From the NCBI RefSeq assembly GCF_036321535.1, contig NC_087447.1, forward strand, positions 42,472,001-42,536,000: a DNA stretch of 64,000 nt. The letters are read 5' to 3'. The stretch comes from Camelus dromedarius. Lineage: Eukaryota. Within the stretch, counting starts at the first letter, position 1. The number at the start of each line of letters is the position of its first letter. A program made the position numbers and the translations under genes. Under the pieces are notes generated by a model. That model saw only the letters and a program-made list of their open reading frames with translations. It made no database searches and had not been told where the DNA came from. Below, in pieces: positions 61,230 to 64,000 of this stretch.

Positions 61230-64000
61230 TTTAGCCAGGCAGCCCTGCCACCTCCTGCTGTTTAGGCTCAATTATCTCTGCCAACATGGTGACTCCTCTC
61301 TTGTCTGCTGGTCCTCAGACACAGAGTGCAAAGTGAAAGTGCCCTGGTGGCAGCTGGGCTTGTAGTTCAATGCACCAGGACCTACAGAATGAGTTCTGTG
61401 TTCCCTGGCAAGAGTGTGCCCCCTTTGGAGATCAGTACTTCCAACTCACAGAACCCAGAGTTGCAGAAACAGGAAGCACAATGTCCCTCAACAGGTCCTT
61501 GGAAGTGATGATAAGTGTGGAAGTGATGATGAGTGTGTGCACTCCTCCTGCACCTTGGTTCCTGGACCCATGTGTTATTCCTTAGGGACACAGCACAACA
61601 TAAAAGTGTCTGATTTAATGCATATACCAGATCCTGAAGGATGGTACCCGACCCTTGCAGATTATTGCCTCAGATTTTGAAGGTAGTGCTTCCATTGTGC
61701 CTTCAGTAGGCCATTCCAGTGCTCTTAGATGTTGGTAGCTTCTGGATGGTGCAATAAGAAAAATCTATATCTATAAATCACCAGTAGATCCTAATGTCAT
61801 GGGCCCACTTTCTAACTTCCTTAACTGTGAAGTGCGTATGCTGGTTGGATACTATGCTGGATGGAATTCCATACCTGAGGATCAGGTACTCTCTAAGCTT
61901 CTGGATATTGGTGTTGGCTGAGGTTCTGTGGGCAGAAAAGGCAAACCTATTTCCAGGATACATCTCTATCCCTGTGGATCAACTGGTGGCCTTCCCAGGA
62001 AGGAAGGGGTCTGATACAGTTGATTTGCCACCAAGTGGCCAGTTGGTTTCCTCAAGGAATAGTGCCAAATCTGGAGCTCAGGATTGGTCTCTTTCATGGG
62101 CAGATTGGACACTGAGAAGCAGCAGTAGCTGGATTAGCTTTGGTATGTGGGGATCCATGCTGGTGGGCCTATGCCTAGCCTCCATCTCTGTCCTGTGACC
62201 AACTCCATTCATGTGCTTATTGTGCCAGTTCCAGGATGGCCAGTGACAAAGTGGCTGAGTCTTAATCTGCTTAGTTCAGTTTTTTTCTGTGGTGGATGCT
62301 GTCTGCTGGGTGCTCATGAGTGTGACACCAAAATCTCTATAACTGCCAGCTACTTCTAAATGTCCTTCCGCATGCCTCCTACCCCAAACTTTCTTGTCCC
62401 CAGTCCTCCAGACCCTTTCCTTCCAGGCCCCTAACTAAACCGGCTAGACCACTGGCCACTGCCCGGGAATGTATGTGTATCTAGCCTCCTGTGTATTACT
62501 CTGCTTCTGTAAGCAGGGGCACCATTTGCAGCTCGTTGGGTCAAGATTTCCCCTTGATCTCCCCGTTGCTTCCCACTGCCTTTCAAGGCAGCTCCTGAAT
62601 GTGACTGTCATGCAACCACTGTCCTTTTTGGCTTCCACCCACATACCAAGCTGACCCATCAGCAAACCAAGTGAGGTTACCATTTCCATCTTACAATGAA
62701 CTACTGCTGGCTGCACCTGACTTTATGACTTGGTCAGTCTGACAGTTCATAACAGGAAGTTCTTAGTGTATTTTTACTTGATGCTCACAGTCAAGCATTT
62801 CATCTAAACCAGGGCCTGGTCACATGCCAAGAGCTGTTTCTCAAGAGGTATATAATTCTTTGCTGTAGATGGCATAATGTTGCTCCAGAATCCCATGGGC
62901 CTACTTTGTGATCCTTTCCCTGGGGCTTGCAATGAGCTCTGCATTGCTTCTTTACCCATCATTGACACTGCCAACACTGTAGAGCCAGCAGGAATGTATG
63001 ACCCAAACGACAGGCTATTTGCTAGCAGTCTGGACCTCTTGCAGAGCCCTCTCCTGCTCCAGGCCCCACTCAAAGCTGACACTTTTTGTGTCACAAGAGA
63101 AGAGTTCCTAGGTGTGGAATGGGTGACCTCCAGAGCTCAAAGAGGCCTTTCAAGTGCTGTGTGTCCTTTGTGGCAGAGGATGCAAACGACATCAATCTGT
63201 CTTTTAATTTGAAGGGGATATTTTGGCACACCTGTGACCACTCGACACCTCAAAGCTTCACTGAGGTGGCAGGTCCATAAGTCTTCATAGGGTTTATCAC
63301 CCATCTTCTGGAGCACGTGTGTCTTAAAGTCTCCAATAAACTAGCCACCTCTTGCTTTTCCCACTCAGTCACTATGATGCAGTCAATGTGATGGATCTTT
63401 GTGATACTCTGTGGGACGTCCATATGGTCCAGATCTCTTTGGACTGTATTATGACTGAAGGCAAGAGGCTTAACCTGGTTCTGGGAGAAAAGTGTAAATG
63501 AATATTATTGTCTGTTCCACATGAGTGTGAACTGTTTCTGATCCTCTTGTTCAGGTGGATAGAGAAGACCACATTCACCAATTCAATGGCCTCATACTGA
63601 GTCATATCTGAAGCCTGACTGGTCTGCTCTAGCAAGTGTATCTGGCACAACAATTCCTATTAGGGCTACAACTTGGCTGAACTGTGGTGGCCTACAGTCT
63701 TTCTCCAGGATCCATCTGGTATTCCAGGGTCCAGACCAGTGAATTAAATTGAGTCATAGTAGGAACCACCACCCCTGCATCCTTTAGGTCTTTAGTAGTG
63801 GCATTAATCTCTGCCAGCTTCCTCCCCTACAGATTGTGATATTGTTTTTAAATTTTAATATCTTGGCTAGGAGGGCGTGGGGAGCAATTTTAGACACTTC
63901 TATTTAGTTTCCCCCACTATTGATTTTCCTGATTCCCTGGGCTAAGGACTCAATGTTGGGGTTACTCTAATTGTCAAATGTATCAATTCCAATTATACAC
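61230..64000 (-). mobile_element. Degenerate ERV-L internal region (pol: RT, RNase H, integrase); continues beyond the window
   Basis: Minus-strand ORF pieces resemble ERV-L Pol: YEAIELVNVVFSI (RT), SRPMGFWSNIMPSTAKNYIPLEKQLLAC (RNase H), YGIPSSIVSNQHTHFTVKEVRKWAH (integrase); many stops and frameshifts. Confidence 0.9.

Noticed and set aside
61505..61613. C/D-box snoRNA-like motifs (GTGATGA twice, CTGA)
   Set aside because: Lies in ERV-L sequence outside the gene's introns, lacks a terminal stem, and the double C box comes from an 18-bp tandem duplication

Overview
Mammalian genomic DNA, most likely a camelid (inferred from five tRNA-Ala-derived SINEs of the Vic-1 type and artiodactyl-type L1 3' ends). 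The window holds most of DENND5A (RAB6IP1) on the + strand. I traced 22 coding exons (exons 2-23 by human numbering, 5717-56364, 3755 coding nt); all have AG/GT boundaries and join in frame to encode the uDENN/DENN/dDENN-RUN-PLAT-RUN protein. The 3' UTR has two AATAAA signals, and exon 1 and the promoter lie upstream of the window. Introns and the downstream region are filled with retroelements: L1, L2, MIR, a MaLR LTR, an ERV1-type solo LTR, DNA-transposon MITEs and a degenerate ERV-L pol at the right edge. I found no evidence of a new protein-coding or prokaryote-like system; nearly all other ORFs in the track are spurious. The most interesting signals are RNA-level or regulatory: inverted SINEs flanking a phase-compatible exon 2-4 block, a perfect-consensus frameshifting donor 127 nt downstream of exon 4, a CTCF-like site with its upstream module, tandem poly(A) signals, multi-layer TE nesting with readable TSDs, and a 421-nt pure pyrimidine tract grown from an L1 tail. 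Comparisons with human proteins and repeat consensuses are from memory, not from a search.
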